From the NCBI GenBank assembly GCA_012295275.1, contig CM022666.1:930001-994000 (forward strand): a DNA stretch of 64,000 bases. The letters are read 5' to 3'. The DNA comes from Chrysomallon squamiferum. Lineage: Eukaryota > Animalia > Mollusca. Numbering within the stretch: position 1 is the first letter of the stretch; every line of letters starts with the position of its first letter. The translations under genes and the position numbers were made by a program. The notes under the pieces are model-generated. The model did not search any database, was not told the origin of the DNA, and saw only the letters and a program-made list of their open reading frames with translations. Below are positions 1 through 14,352 of the stretch, in pieces.

Positions 1-3000
1 TATGAAATTAAATAAACAGAATAATAATAACAACAAATAATAAAAAGAAATCAGTTCTTCAGTAATAACATTATTTTTATTACATCAACATTAAATTAAA
101 TTCAGAATAACTTGAAATAATTATTGTTAATTGTTTCAGTTTTTAAAGTAACTGTTATCTCATTCAGTGTAACTCTCAGCTTTTGAGAGCAGTGTTATTT
201 GTTTTGTTTATTTGACATTATCATGACCTTTTGTTTCCTGTACAAAGAGCTGCAGTATTTTCTCTCAGGACAAACACAAACATGTTCATTTTACAATTGA
301 TTATGAAAAGATATTCACAAACATCTTGTTGCACGACTTTATTTGTTAACTATGTTTGTTTCTTTAATGCATCTTTTTATTATTTTTTTTTACTTTGATG
401 GTTACTTTGCTAAGAAATGAATGTGAGAGGTATTTTAAGTATGTTCTGAAAACAAGGAAATCAACAATTGACTGTTTTATTAGTCATATGTTATTACTTT
501 CTGTGTTTACTGTTCGTAATATGACACAGCAAAATGGAATGCCTTTTCTTTTGATTTTAACTGCCATATTGTCACCTTAGTAAGAAAAGGTTGTTTATGT
601 ATAACATTTCAAGTATAGATGTTCCAGAGATAATCAAATGTCAATAACAAATCCATTAATCTTTTTGATTTCTTGAATTTCTCTTCACTTCTTTTTCTTC
701 AGAATAAATGATATGTGCCATGACAGAGGAAATCCTAATTTGTACATAATATTAATTGGTTCGCATTAACAAAAATGTGTATATTTTTACCAACGTTTTT
801 GCTATTTATTTACCTTCAGAATAACTGATCTCTTTCATGACAACAAGAATTCTAATTTAAGATTAACAAATAAGTTATCTGAACAGAGACAGTGGATATT
901 CCAATAGCAGACAGTATACATGTGTTAACATTGACAAGCACATGTATATTATTACCGACATTGTTGCCACTACTTTTTCTTCAGTTGACTGATCTGTGTA
1001 ATGACAGTGTAAAATGTTAAAAAAGGAAAGAAATTGCAGTGACTCATTGGATTTCACATGCTTTATCTCCAGTCTGAGTTTTTCCCCAGCAAAAACTTGA
1101 ATAAGTTTGCAAGATAAGATTTATGAACTGACTTTGGTATTTCAGCTACACTAAAGTTATTTTGGTAAAAAAAAACTGGTTAATTTTGAATTTTCTATCG
1201 GTACAAAATTTATGAATTGTAATCTTTCTAATCTGAAGGAAATGATACTGAAGTTGCTGTTTGAATGTAACTAAAATTTTATTTATTTTTTCAAGGAATG
1301 TTTTTTTTTCCCTCCAAAAACCCCCAACAAAAACAAACAAACAAATAAACAAAAATAACGACAGTAGATATGTAGGAACCTATTTTATCTCACACATTTT
1401 GTAAAACCCTTCCCTTGGTACAGAACAAAGTAATTTCTGCAATTTCACATTGTAAAACTTAAATATATACATACATATATACTCATACACATAAATGTAT
1501 ATGCAGCTATGAAATCTTTATTTAATTGTTGAAAATTTTAACAGGTATTGTAATTAGTATATTTTATTTATATTTGTTTCAGTCATGTAGCATACACAGA
1601 CACAGATTCAAAAAAGGGTTAGCATTCACTTGTTATTTATGGGAATAAAAAAAAAAATCAAATGATCTGAATTATATGCATTCGTGGAACAGCATTTTCT
1701 TTCCAATTCATTTTTCGTCGTTTGCTTAAAAACCCTAAAATAAAGCCTATTTTGTGCTATTTTGTTAATGTAATGCTTTTGTTCATTAGCTGCTAACAAT
1801 GGTCAGACTGCAGAGGGTCTGTGAGCATCAGACTGAACAGAATGGAGCACCAGAGTGTGACATTTTCTTGTCTTTAAAATCATTTGGCCATCAATATTAA
1901 CACAGTTTTATGGTGCTTGGCCATTGAACCAGTATGAACATTGCACTTAATAATTACAAGGTGACCAGCCATGCCTAAAATCACTGCATCGTAGACCTAA
2001 TTTAATTTGTCTTATACAGCTTCTTGGTATCTTTAGTTGGGTTTATTAAGTCATGATCTTGTAGACTGCAAAATTAAGCATCCCAGTTTTTATCTTCTCT
2101 TGGTAATAGGACAAGACTTTGGTTTGTAATTATGGAAATAATATAGATATGTTTTTGAGAATGTATAAATGTATTTTGTGTGTGTGTGTGTGTGTTCATG
2201 TTTGCATGTGTCTAAGGTTTTTAATAAAATTTATGAGATAATATTATCAGATTTCCAAGGTTGGTAGATACACACTTTGAAATGTAGAGAGTTAATTTCT
2301 GAATTTTACATACCTTTATGATAATTAAAACTACTTCTGAGTTTTTCAGCTACACTCTGTTTTACTGTTTTTGTTTTGTTTTTACAGCTTTTTGTTTACA
2401 TTATTATAAAATTTAAAAATATTTTTGAGTTTGTGGACTTGACTCATTTTTAACTGTTCAATTTTTCTGAACTGATTATTATAACGTAACATTGTACAAA
2501 ATTTTTAAACAGTTTTGAATTTGAAATCTCAATTCATTTTTAATGCTTTCTATTTCAAAACCACATAAATTATATAGTTCCCAAATTATAAAAACTATTT
2601 TTTGAATTTGAAAACTGAACTCTTTATTTCTTCAAAACCGTATGTTATTCCCAGACATTACAAAATTTAAAAATATTTTTGAACACACTGACATACACAG
2701 TTCCAAGTGTTTAATCAATATTCTTGTATTGCATGTTCGGGATTATTAGTCAATTACTGTGATGATGAATTCTTCATCCAGGAATTTGTCAGCATTTTCA
2801 CAATTCTTGTCAGACATAACATGACTCTCATTTCCTTCACACGTCAGTCACATTATTTTAGTCACTTTTGTCACTGGACTCTCTCTCTGTGTGTGTCTTA
2901 AAGGAGCATTCAGGTCCAGACATAAAACTTGTATACTAGAAAAATCCTCATCTGGTGTATTGATTCGCCAAAGAAAAAAAAAGTTTAAAAAGGACAAATG

Positions 3001-3162
3001 TGAAAAGCTCCATGATTACGGAAACATTGGCAAATAGAGAGTAACAACTGCATAGAAATTTGTCTACTTAAAAGCCAAACTCAGTACTTGAATGATAAAA
3101 TATAAATGTTTTACTTCTTTATTTATTTAGTAATTCTTTTACTTTAATTTTAAATATATATG

Positions 3163-3272
3163 TAATTTTCATAAGAAACCCTAGTTTAAAATATTAGTTA
3201 TACATTCAAACATATATGTATATGTTTGAATTTATAACTAATATTTTAAACCTGGGTTCCTTGTGAAAATTA
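3163..3272. repeat. 110-bp near-perfect palindrome (54-bp arms, 2-nt centre); MITE-like or foldback element
   Basis: Left arm taattttcataagaaaccctagtttaaaatattagttatacattcaaacatata versus reverse complement of the right arm taattttcacaaggaacccaggtttaaaatattagttataaattcaaacatata, giving 5 mismatches. Both ends are TA. Confidence 0.9.
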
Positions 3273-4714
3273 ATTTTGTAGACTTCAGTATTTTTTGTTT
3301 TTATTTATTTATGTGATCTTATTTTCTGATAAACACTGACTCAAAAACAATAATTAATGTAATAATAACATAACTTTCGTAATTCAAGTTGACTGTTTCA
3401 TTTTTAAATGTATCTTTTTTTCTTATTCTGTGTTGCTGTAACAAATGTGTGCACAAAATACATTTTCTAGGGCATGCCACTGTTGATAATATCATTGTTG
3501 GCTACATATCTTAATTCACAGGTCCTTAACCCTTCATTTTTTTGTGCCCTGTTTTAAACCTGTTTTAAGGTCTGGTTAAGTTTTGTACTGTGATAGAAGA
3601 ATAAAGCTTTTACCATCAGCCTGTGTTCTTGTAGTATTGCAAGGAGTGATGTCACCCATCCTGAGAATCACTGTTTTAAGTCATTTTAGAAATTATATAA
3701 ATGGAGGCAGTTTCTACAATCAGGAGCATTCCTTACCTATTTCATGATTAAACTTTACTATAAATGATTGTTTACCCAACAGGGTTTGCAGCTTAAGATA
3801 CCACTGAAAGATATTTTCAAGTATTTGTTTTGGTCGCATTTGTTTTGGATTTAAAATAATTTGTTCTTTACCCTCGTACAAAAAAATTAAGGAAGTTTGT
3901 TCATACCACTGGAGATGCATTTTAAGTGTTTCTTTATTAATATACAAATGGTATAATTGAAGGCAATTTGTTTCTCTCATCTCAGGTGTACTTAAAATGT
4001 GTTCTTCTATCTGCAGACTGTAATGATTCTTCATCCATGAGGTTTGTTAGATGCTGCTATCTCTTGTAACCATGTGTCTTGGGCCTGATAAATTCATTAG
4101 GCCAGATTTCAGCACAAACTCGCAAACACCAACACCTAATCAATAATCTTACTGTACTTCAGTTACAAAAAAAAAAAAAAAAAAAAGAAAAAAAAAGTAA
4201 CTGAATTGTAGAGGATTAATTGAATCAGTGGTTTTATATACAGCCCATTATTTTCATATAAAAAAAGTAAAAAAAAAAAAAAAAAAATAAAAATAAATGA
4301 AAAATAAAAAAAGTAAGAAAAAGTAATAATAATAATAAAAAAAAACTAAAATTATCATCCAGGCAGGATTTATTCTTTTTAAGAAATTTTTAAGAAATTC
4401 TGTATTAAAACGGATCTAACTATATCAGTTCTGGTTTAATTAGGTGACCATTCACAGTATGCTGAAGACTATTGATTGATCTGGCATCATCTGGCTAATA
4501 CATTCTATAAGGGGAATAGAGATAGGCAGTAATTAAATGCACACCCTGGAGCTAAATTTTGCCAAACACAGTAAACAAATGGTCTCCTTCGATCTGGGAA
4601 GATTTAATATTTTGGCCAGAGCTTTTGTCAAGTATATCTCTATTGAACAGACCGTCTAGAAGTTCTAGTGTACCTTGACAGGAATGTTATGTTAAAATGT
4701 TAAGAGATCAGCAA

Positions 4715-5575
4715 GAAAGGTTAAAATGATATCCTTACACCCCTCTAGATAATACTTTATTAAATATTCATACCAGCTTTCATACATATCAGCACAGTTT
4801 AGTTTTGTGTCTACTCTTTGTTTGCTTATAATCTAGAAATTTGTGGATTTTGTTTTAATAGGACTTTACATTAGAAGGTTAGAAGAAAGACTGAAACAAT
4901 ATTCTTTATCCTGCTGAGATAATTCTTTACAAAATATTCATACCAGCTTTTTGTACATGTAATCACAGTTTGATATTTGACACTTGTCAGTGGAATGTGT
5001 ATACCTTATGTTTACTTGTAATCTAGAAGATCTAGTATTTCTTGACAAGAAGATTAGAAAGAAGATTAAAACAAGTTTAATACATTTTTTTATTTTATGT
5101 AGCATGCAACCTATTCTTAATCCTCCACTGATAATTTTTTTTACTAAATATTCATACCGGCTTTCATATATATATCAGCACAGTTTGATATTTGATGGTA
5201 ATGTGTTTACTCTGTGGTTACTTGTAATCTCAGAATTTTGGGAAGACTTTTATGTTGTTAGAACATTAGAAAGAAGGTTAAAAACAATATCCTTAGCTGT
5301 GTCTGGATAGTCCTTTATTAAATATTCATACCCGATTTTATGCATTACTAATCATCATTGTTTAATATTTGATGTTTTTTAGTGGAATGTCGTGTACCTT
5401 GTGTTTACTTGTAATCTAGAATTTCTAGTATTTCTTGAGAAGAGGATAGGAAGAAAGATTAAAAGAATATATTTGATCCTGTCTAGATTATTCTTTATTA
5501 AATATTCATACACATCAGCACAGTTTGATATTTGATGACTATCAGTGGAATGTGTGTGTACCACATGTTTATTTG
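4715..5575. repeat. Degenerate tandem repeat of about 170-215 bp, about 5 copies
   Basis: The anchor aaatattcatac recurs at 4762, 4932, 5146, 5320 and 5500. Shared motifs include cagcacagtttgatatttga and ttacttgtaatctagaa. Confidence 0.85.
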
Positions 5576-5619
5576 GATAATAATGTCACAACTGAAGAAA
5601 TTCACTGCTGTGACCAGGG

Positions 5620-5675
5620 ACAGGGTGTGGCTCTGTGGTTAGGGTGCCTGTGTGAGGTGCAATGGATCAACGAAT
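5620..5675 (+). mobile_element. Possible decayed SINE tRNA-like head fragment
   Basis: gggtgtggctctgtggttagggtgcc resembles a tRNA D-arm/A-box (TRGCNNAGTGG-like). No SINE body follows. Confidence 0.3.
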
Positions 5676-7139
5676 ATACCTAAACTATGACACAGCCTAC
5701 CAACTTTAAAAACATTGTAACTTTATAACATATAATAGCAAAATAGGTAACATTATTTTTAAAATTACATATAGATTTGTTTAATGCATTATATCAGGAA
5801 TGCAAAAGTACATTCAGTAACAGAACAAAAAATCCAGAAAAAATCTTCAAAACTTTAATTTTTTAAAACATTTTTAAATACATGTTACTAATTGTTGTCA
5901 ATATTAACTTGAATATTTCTTAAAAATATTTTAAAATCTTGACTCTAATTGTCGACATATTATTAATTCAATGTTAGCAAGATATTAAAAACGAGGTGTT
6001 TTCTCTTTTATGATGATCATTTCTGAAACCGAAACATTAAAATAAAATTTAAAAAAAAGATACATGAACTTTACAATTTAATTTACTCTCTATCTAGTTC
6101 TTTTCTCTGACTGTGAGAAAATGTCAGAGATCATGCAACATGACAGGGCTTGTTATTTTAGTGTCGTACTTTATTATTAGAACAGATTGGTCACTAGTTA
6201 CTCAGTCACAAAATCACACTGGAACAGACAGAATGTTTTAGGCTTGTTCATAATGATCAAAACAAGGTTGATTTTTTTTGTAATTAAAAATTAATCACAC
6301 ACATAATTATGTTTATAATAAAAAAAATATTACATTAAACTAGAGGTTGAATGATTGATAGCCTAAACAGAATAAAATAATACAAATATTATCTAGCATA
6401 ACTGGTTATAAATAAATGAATAAATAAATAATGATGATGAATGTTACTTTAATAATAATAACAGCAATAATAAAAATAATAACAGTACAGAAGCAATAAC
6501 AATAACAGCAATAATAATAATAATCACAATAACAATAATAATAATACCATCAGCAGTAATAATAATAACAATAATAATAACAATAATAATACCAGTAACA
6601 ATAACAGCCTGCTGTTACAAAGTTAACATATTATAACTGAATAAAGGGATAATTTAACAGAAAAGTAGTTTTTTCACTGTTGTTTATGGTAAGAATTTAG
6701 TCTGTAATCGTCTTAGTGACTGATAAGATTGGAGTGTATTGTTTTACTGTTTCATGTTACACACCTCTTCCTCACATCAGTTTTGTTTGTCTGACCCATT
6801 GTGTATTCATAGAGACATTAAACACCTAAAAAATAACAATTTTAATTTTTATTATAAAAATATTAAGACAACCCCATGTGAACTTTTTATTTTATTTTTT
6901 TTTAACAAAAAGTATATCTTGTCAGTAAATTATAGAATATTTTTTGATGAGAACTCATCTCATTTTATTCAGTATGAGAAATGGGTTTGTGTATACAATG
7001 TGTGAAGACTTAAATATATATATATATATATATATAAATAATAATTATAGGAAAAAGAAACCCTCTATTCGAAAGACTTATGTATTTGATTGGCATTAAG
7101 CACTCTTTTTTTTTTTTTTAATGTTTTTAATCTATGCAT

Positions 7140-7230
7140 CATCACATACACAGGAAAAGTATATAAATATGGCATTTGATAATTCTGTAGTGATCAGTGG
7201 TTTGATTGGGAAATAGCATGGAACAATGGA
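7140..7230 (-). mobile_element. Decayed tRNA-derived SINE, core fragment
   Basis: cacaggaaaagtatataaatatggcatttgataattctgtagtgatcagtggtttgattgggaaatagc is a diverged reverse complement of the core at about 10465-10530 and is colinear with the copies at 13520 and 60785. Confidence 0.55.
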
Positions 7231-9929
7231 ATGGAAAAAACCCTTGAGAAAGCAAGTGAATCTGTTTTTTAAGAAAAACCTATGTAAAAATGTCTGTGGT
7301 TGAGATATTGAACTTGATATCAGTTTAGTCAGACTGATTTGGTTTCTGATGTTGGCTTCAAACCACCACTGACAGAGAAGATGTAAGGCCATTTACTAAA
7401 TTGCTTAAGAATTACAAGCTTGAATCTCAGCTGGATAAAAGATCCAAAAATAAGATCAAATGAAACTAAATACTACAAAGTGAACAAACAAAATAAATAA
7501 TCTTGTTCGTGGTAGACCAGTTAGAGGAAAACTTTCAAGGAACGTTCAGTAATCACATGTGTGTAGATTTTTCTGATCTTTGTGGTTGTTGTTATTTTCC
7601 TTTGTCTTTTTTTATTTTCTTTCAGTGTGACACAGTATATAATCACTGTATATGGAAATGGAATAATGTAATTATATGAGAATATTATAAAGTTGCATGG
7701 TAGTATTGTGTAACAGTCAAAAGAAAATATTTGTAAGAACATTTGATAAGGATATGTGTTTAGACTTAATAAGGGAAAATATGTGGGTTTTGGTTGTTTT
7801 TCTTTTGTTATTGTTTCATTTTATTTATTTTTTATTAAAAAATATAAACTGTAATTAAAATGTAAAAAATTGTCATATTCCATAATAGTCAAAGGAGAAC
7901 TGTATAGAACTATTCAGTATATATCTGTTTTAACTTAAAAAGGAAAATCACTCAATTTTGGCTGTTTTTTTTTTTTTTTTTATTGTTTTTTCTTTTCCAA
8001 TGAATAAAAGCATATATAAAATAGAAAATATACTATAATGTTAAAAAGCAGATCACCAGTTTCTATAGAAATCAAAGGAGAGTTTTATAACGATGTGCTT
8101 ACAGATTCAGGAATATGTCTGCAAGTGTAATAACTGAGCTAAACAAGATCTGTGTGTCATACTAGAACATTTATAAAACAGTTTGGTCTCTCTCGTCACA
8201 CCTAATGAAGCACACATTCCTGTCTGGTGGGTTTTAGCTCCAACAGTTGCACCCCTCATGTACAGTGTATTGTTGTTCACTGGACTGAATTAGCAAGCTT
8301 TTCAGTGGTACAGGACAAAATCTCTCATTTCAGATCTTGATGACTCTTGATTAGCTTGTTACATGGCTGGTTCTCAGCTGAATAATTAGTTTTATTTATT
8401 ATATATAATTAGCCATTAACATGTAGTTATTGATTTTTTTTTGATTTTTTTTTGCATACGTTTTTGAATTTTTTTTTTTCATGCATCTGCCATTTAATAA
8501 TGTACATTTTGTTTCCGTTCAGAAAAATACAAAAATGAACTGCTCCAACTTCTGTAGTACTTGACGATAATGATTATAAAAGCATGTGAGGAACCCATGA
8601 CATTTATTGATGTCATGCTGCATGTTTTTCTAAATATTGTTGAATTATTTATCGACAAAGTAGCTGATTAATATATTTTTTATTCAAAACAAAATACCTC
8701 TTTACGTTTTCTTGAAATTCAAAAACATTATGGTAAATTATTTCTTCTCTTATTTTTTTTATTTTTTTTTTGGATAGAACTGAAACTATATTTATTGTAT
8801 TTTCATTTTGTAATGACGTATCGTCCAAAAATAATAAATGATTGTTTGTAAAGAACATGTAAAACATTTCCAGTTTTCACTCCCAGATATTTTTGTATTC
8901 CTCAGTGGGACTGTTTTCTCTGTGGGATGTCAGAATAGTCTCAAAGCTAAGGCTGTTTGAAACGTCTTGAACCTGGTTTGTCCAACAAGTCTTCGAGCTT
9001 GGGTGTCTGAAAAGTGTAGAAGTATATTTTCTGAGAAAAAAAAAAAAAAAATGAAATTAAATCCATGTTATCTAAGTCATAAAGTAGGATGTCCATAAAA
9101 AAAAAAAAATCAAGCTTGGATGAAATTTATTTATGAATGGTGTACTGATGATATTTTTATAGAATATTTTCATTGCTGTTTTCTTCAGCGTTCAGGCAGC
9201 TTTATTTCTCTGTGTTTAACATAGGCTTTGGGCATCATTATCTTGACATTTTTATATTTTACAGAATAAAAATGTTCTAGCAGATACTGTCTTTTCTCTG
9301 TGTTAATGAAACATACAGTTTTTCTTTTCTTCAGTCTAAATGCAGATTACCATATTCTACGTATTCTTTAAAAAATGTACAAACCATCTCGTCTAGATCT
9401 TTTCATCATTTTAATGAAAACAGGCAATTTTAATAAATAAAAATTTAAAATTTTAAAATAGTTTTGAAATTATTGTAAACGGAAATAAATTAGGAATACA
9501 TTTTTGTGAAAATATAAAACCTTCTTTTCACTGAAAAATAATTACTGAATATTCTTTTCAAATATCTAAATACATATTGACCATCCGTAATCCTAAATCC
9601 TCAGTGAAAGAAAATAACTAGGCCAAAGGGTTTATTTATATATAAGAAAAGTATTCAATAAAATTTGCAACATATATAAATTAAGTTAAGTTACATAAAT
9701 GTAATCATGCAAGATGTTTTTTAGGCCAGACAGATTCAGTTGTCAAAGTTTTTTGGATTTTGGAAAACAGACCGTCTGTTTGTAATACACCTTTAAATAT
9801 TGCATTGCTTTTGTCTGAGAGTGTAGAGAGAGATCAAATTAATTCACCAGCTGGTAACCTGTCCATTCAGCATCTCTTTCTTGTCAGAGATGAAGTGAAA
9901 ATAGTGAATCACTCAAACCTGTAGTCATC

Positions 9930-10400
9930 CGAAGAAGAATATTTTTAGTTCAGCGGGTAGAGCACTCGTCTGTGACTTGGTAGATAAAGCAAAAATAGTA
10001 AATTTTTCAGATTATTCCCAAGAAGTGTTGTAGTTCAGTAGGTAGTAAATTTGTTTCAAAGTTGATGAATAAAGTACAAATAGTAAATTATTCACGTTAT
10101 TCTCAAGAAGTGTTGTAGTTCAGTAGGTAGTGAATTTGTTTCTAAGTTGATGAATAAAGTAAAAATAGTAAATTATTCCTGTTATTCTCAAGAAGTAGGT
10201 GGTGAATTTGTTTCAAAGATAATGAATAGAATAAAAATAATAAATTATTTACATTATTCTCAAGAAGTGCTGTAGTTCAGTACATAGTGAATTTGTTTCA
10301 AATGTGGAATAAAAAAAACCCAAAAAATAATTTAAATTGTTGAAGTCTTTTCAAGAAGAGTATTGTAATTAATTGGTTAGAGCATTTGCTTGAAACTTGA
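9930..10400 (+). repeat. Tandem repeat of about 85 bp (about 6 copies) built on a tRNA-like SINE head
   Basis: caagaag anchors at 10019, 10104, 10189, 10261 and 10352. Most units carry tgtagttcagtaggtag, an A-box-like motif; the first unit reads tagttcagcgggtagagcactcg. Confidence 0.85.
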
Positions 10401-10570
10401 TGGAAAAAGCAAAAATGGAGAATCTTGATGGATTTCAGGATCGGTCTTCCATGGTTCATCCTTTAGAGTATTTCCTGTTCCAGTCACTGTTCCATAACTA
10501 GAATATCAAAGACTGTGTTTTTACTGGTTTTGGAATGTGAATGCAAAAGATCCTTTGCTGCAGATTTGGT
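10360..10570 (+). mobile_element. Decayed tRNA-derived SINE (head and core), MetaSINE-like
   Basis: A-box-like gtaattaattggttagagca, B-box-like caggatcggtcttcc, then tatttcctgttccagtcactgttccataactagaatatcaaagactgtg...aaaagatcctttgctgc. This resembles a gastropod SINE core I recall (TATTTCTCGTTCCAGCCAGTGCACCACGACTGGTATATCAAAGGCCGTGG...AAAAGATCCCTTGCTGC). The family name is from memory and unverified. Confidence 0.7.
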
Positions 10571-11566
10571 CTTTTATGTACCATCATTATATAAACAACT
10601 ATCATGATAAAATATGTTTAGATTTGTTTATTTTTCAAACATTAATTCATTCACTTAATAGCTAGAGTTTAAATTAATGACATTTAACAGAAATTCTTCT
10701 ATGTTATAAGACAGTATTGATTTTCAGAATGAGAAAATGTAAGCAAATGGTTTATAAGAAATTAAAAATTTTATGATTTAACTTCTTCTTCTTATAAACA
10801 AAATTTATGATATTTTTTTTTTATTTGTTTGATGTATTTTGGTAAATATTTTATTATTGTGAAAGAATTACCAGAGTTTGATAAACATGCCAAATACACC
10901 TGTTCTGTTTCTTTCAAATCTAGATACTAGAGAAAAAAGAAAAAAAAAAAGAAAGAAAAGAATTCGTTTGAGGTTTTGCAAAAACAATCACCTAAGAATG
11001 ATTTGTAATGTTAGTCTGACAGAATACATTGATATACAGTTAAATCAGTGACGTCAGTCTTTTTCATGGAATTCTAATTTTTATTTATTGTTTTTTTTTT
11101 CTTAGAAATTATTTATATTCCTTTTTTTTTTTTTATTACTACTTTTGATTTAGACTATTTATAAACTTTTGAATTATTTGAAACTTTATACATATGTATG
11201 TATGTGTGTGTGTAGGTCATACTGGCTAATGACATAAAACATTTACAGTGTAACTGTTTTAAATTTATCATCTCATAAATTATGTTAATCTTATTTTTTT
11301 AAACTCTGAAAGTCTTGAAATGTAATATTATATTTTCAAACAAATTAGTGAATTTGCTCAAAAATGTTTTTATACTGTAATTCAGTTTACTGCCCGTGTA
11401 AATCATATTTACAAATGAAAGATAAAAAAACAAAAAATAATACTAATAAAAAAAACGTTCCCAAAATATTTTTTCTTATCTCTGAGATATATTTTGATAA
11501 ATATATTTATTAATGTGAAAGCATTACCTATGTTGTGTTAAACATGCCAGTTCTATTTCATTCCAA

Positions 11567-11597
<31 letters not shown>

Positions 11598-11750
11598 TTT
11601 AATGCCATCTCTGATTTAAGACATATTCAAATTTCAAAACATTATTTTAATGTATACATGCCTACTATCTGATAATTCAAGAATTACAGTTTCATACTCT
11701 TCTGGTTTTAGACTTCATCTTTTCTTTTACATTCTCTTAACATAGCATGC

Positions 11751-11795
<45 letters not shown>

Positions 11796-13519
11796 TACGT
11801 CCCGGTGAAGTTGTTTTTCTTTGACTGAATTCTGCATTTTGCATACTTGAAATGTCACAACTTTCTGGCAGTGTCATCAACAAAAGGAGCCTTTCTATAT
11901 CAGAATTAGATAATCGTTAACTTTCTTCACTGACTTGTTCTCAATCATTTTTATCGATTTACACTCGAAGCATTTGTTACATTCAGATCAAGCTCTTAAC
12001 ATTTGAGATTTCAGATTTAATTTAGCCAGCTTGTTATTCTGAAACAGGCATGAGAGACAGAAGATAATTAATGTAATTGTTGTTTCCTGCTTGTGTATTG
12101 CAAACAAAAGCAATGATCTTTCTTTTCTCTTATTATTATTATCATTTAGCTTTTTGATGTATGTTTCTAATCTTTTTTATTGACCTTATGTTTAAACTTT
12201 ATACTTCTTATTTTTAATTTTAATTTTTTTTTTTTTTTCAAGAGTTTTAAGGAAAGTGCATTGAGTATTCAAAAACAAAATAAAAATTATTATTGGCTAC
12301 TTGAGTAATCTTTTGCTACAAGTTGTCTGATTTCTGTGAAGGTGCTTCTGTCATTTTATAATCAGAAATTTTAGACAGGAAGAATAAAATAATAAAATTA
12401 CTTTTGTTACCATTTTGGTAAATTTTTAAAATAAAAGAGGTGTACTGTTCAAAGGTTTTAATTTATTAAACTTTTATCATGTAATAAAAGAGAATGGCAT
12501 TCTAAAAATGTGTTACGTTGTCATTCAGAATTTCCTCTGATGTGAATCAAATTACACTGGATAATGATCCTATGAAAATGAAATGAATATGAAATATGAA
12601 ATAAGAAAAAAAACACACCAAAACCACACCAATAATTCAGTTATTCAGAAACTGATAAATTTCAAATGTTGAAAAGTCAAATTCATTATTCTTGTCCACA
12701 TAACAGATATTTTTGGTGCAATTTTTCACTTTTATGTATATTGTAAAAAGTATACCAGCAAAAAAAAAAAAATAAAAAAAATGTTATTTTAATGCTTTCT
12801 AAAATAAGAAGAAATGAAAGATGACTCTTCAGTACAATATTTCTCTGGAAAAGGGAAATAATATTGCTCTTGGCAGCCAAAGCACACTTTTTAATGCTAC
12901 TTCAGAAAATTACAACTCAATTATTTTTCCACTTGGTTAACTTTCTTACTGTTCTGATTTTTATTATTTGCATTTTATGTGAGGTTGCATTTCTGTTTTA
13001 TTTTCCAAAAACTCGAAATACATCAGACATAACACTAAAATAATATGTTAGCAATATCAGACAGTAAACATTAGACCATCTGATATTATATTTCAAGATT
13101 TTTATTATTGTTATTGTTATTATTATTGTTATTGTTGTTGTTATTATTATTATTATTATTTAACAATTTAAGTTTTCTCTTTATTTTTCTCTTTATTTCT
13201 TGGAAGATAAATATTACTATAACAAAACAGAGAAGTGTTAATGTTATGGCCTTTCTCATCTAAGTCAGCTCAGATGATTTGAACCAGGGTTCCTGCTGGC
13301 CACATGAATGAAATAATCTTTTGTTCAAATCTGCCACAATTTGTTTTGTTTTTAGACAGGTGATGACAAGGAAAGCTTTGTTTTCTGGGAACCAGCACGA
13401 ACAGTCATCTCATCTTAGAAATCTTTAAAAATGAAAATATCTAACCCTAACTGCGTCTGAAACGTCTGACAATGATGAACCGAAAAAGAAATCGTCTGCA
13501 ACCTCTGATCTTGTTGATC

Positions 13520-13690
13520 ACATGTATGCATATTTGTATGTAACAAGATCGCATACAGTTCAGCCTTTTGATTGAACCAGTGATGGGACGTCGACTGGAA
13601 TGTGAAATAAACCAACATGCACATGGATGAGGATTTGATCCTCTGATCCTGGTCCCAGGGTCAGCTCCTGACCACTGCAGTTCAGCTTAT
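13520..13690 (-). mobile_element. Decayed tRNA-derived SINE (core and head)
   Basis: cagccttttgattgaaccagtgatgggacgtcgactggaatgtgaaata, then ggatttgatcct, then gaccactgcagttca: the reverse complement of core, B-box and A-box in the expected order. Confidence 0.65.
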
Positions 13691-14318
13691 CATTCCCCCA
13701 CAGCCCTTAGAAAGTTGATTATTTGTTGGATGTTGTAGCTGGAGTTTGTGATTATATTTTCAGTTTCATGAATATAGACTGTCCCTGTGTGGGCTTCAGA
13801 TAGAGTAGTTTATATTCAGTATCTCCTCCCAAAAGAATATTCAGCATGAAATTTCAGTGCTTTTCCAAGTGATCTACAATGGAAATCATCATTAATTATT
13901 GCTAGCTGGATAACTATATATAACAGAACTCTATATACATGTATTTGTCACTGGTCTGTCAGTGTATCTGTCTATCTAACTATCTATCTATCTATTTATA
14001 TAGATATGCATACACCTGTACATCCATACATTCTTTCTCTTAAACAACTCCTACACACATTCATATATTATGTATATTTTTTTTCCACTTGCCAGATGCA
14101 TGTGTTAAATAGATTTACGTTGAGTGTATTTAGACAGAAATAATAACGTGTCACTCTAATGTTACATAATCTCCATGAACTAAAATAAAAATAAATGAAA
14201 ATTCTTTATGTACTCAGTAAAGATGGTTCATTTTACATTTAATTATTATGTTCATGGTGAAATGAAAACATTCAGTCATGCACACATATCACATCTTTAT
14301 ATATATATATCTATATGA

Positions 14319-14352
<34 letters not shown>

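Noticed and set aside
3720-4034. 104-aa minus-strand ORF as a nested gene
   Set aside because: No recognisable motif or supporting splice structure, and the length is compatible with chance. A BLAST search would settle it.
9945-9985. tRNA gene
   Set aside because: Only a D-arm/A-box-like segment is present, with no anticodon arm, T arm or acceptor stem. It is better explained as a SINE head.
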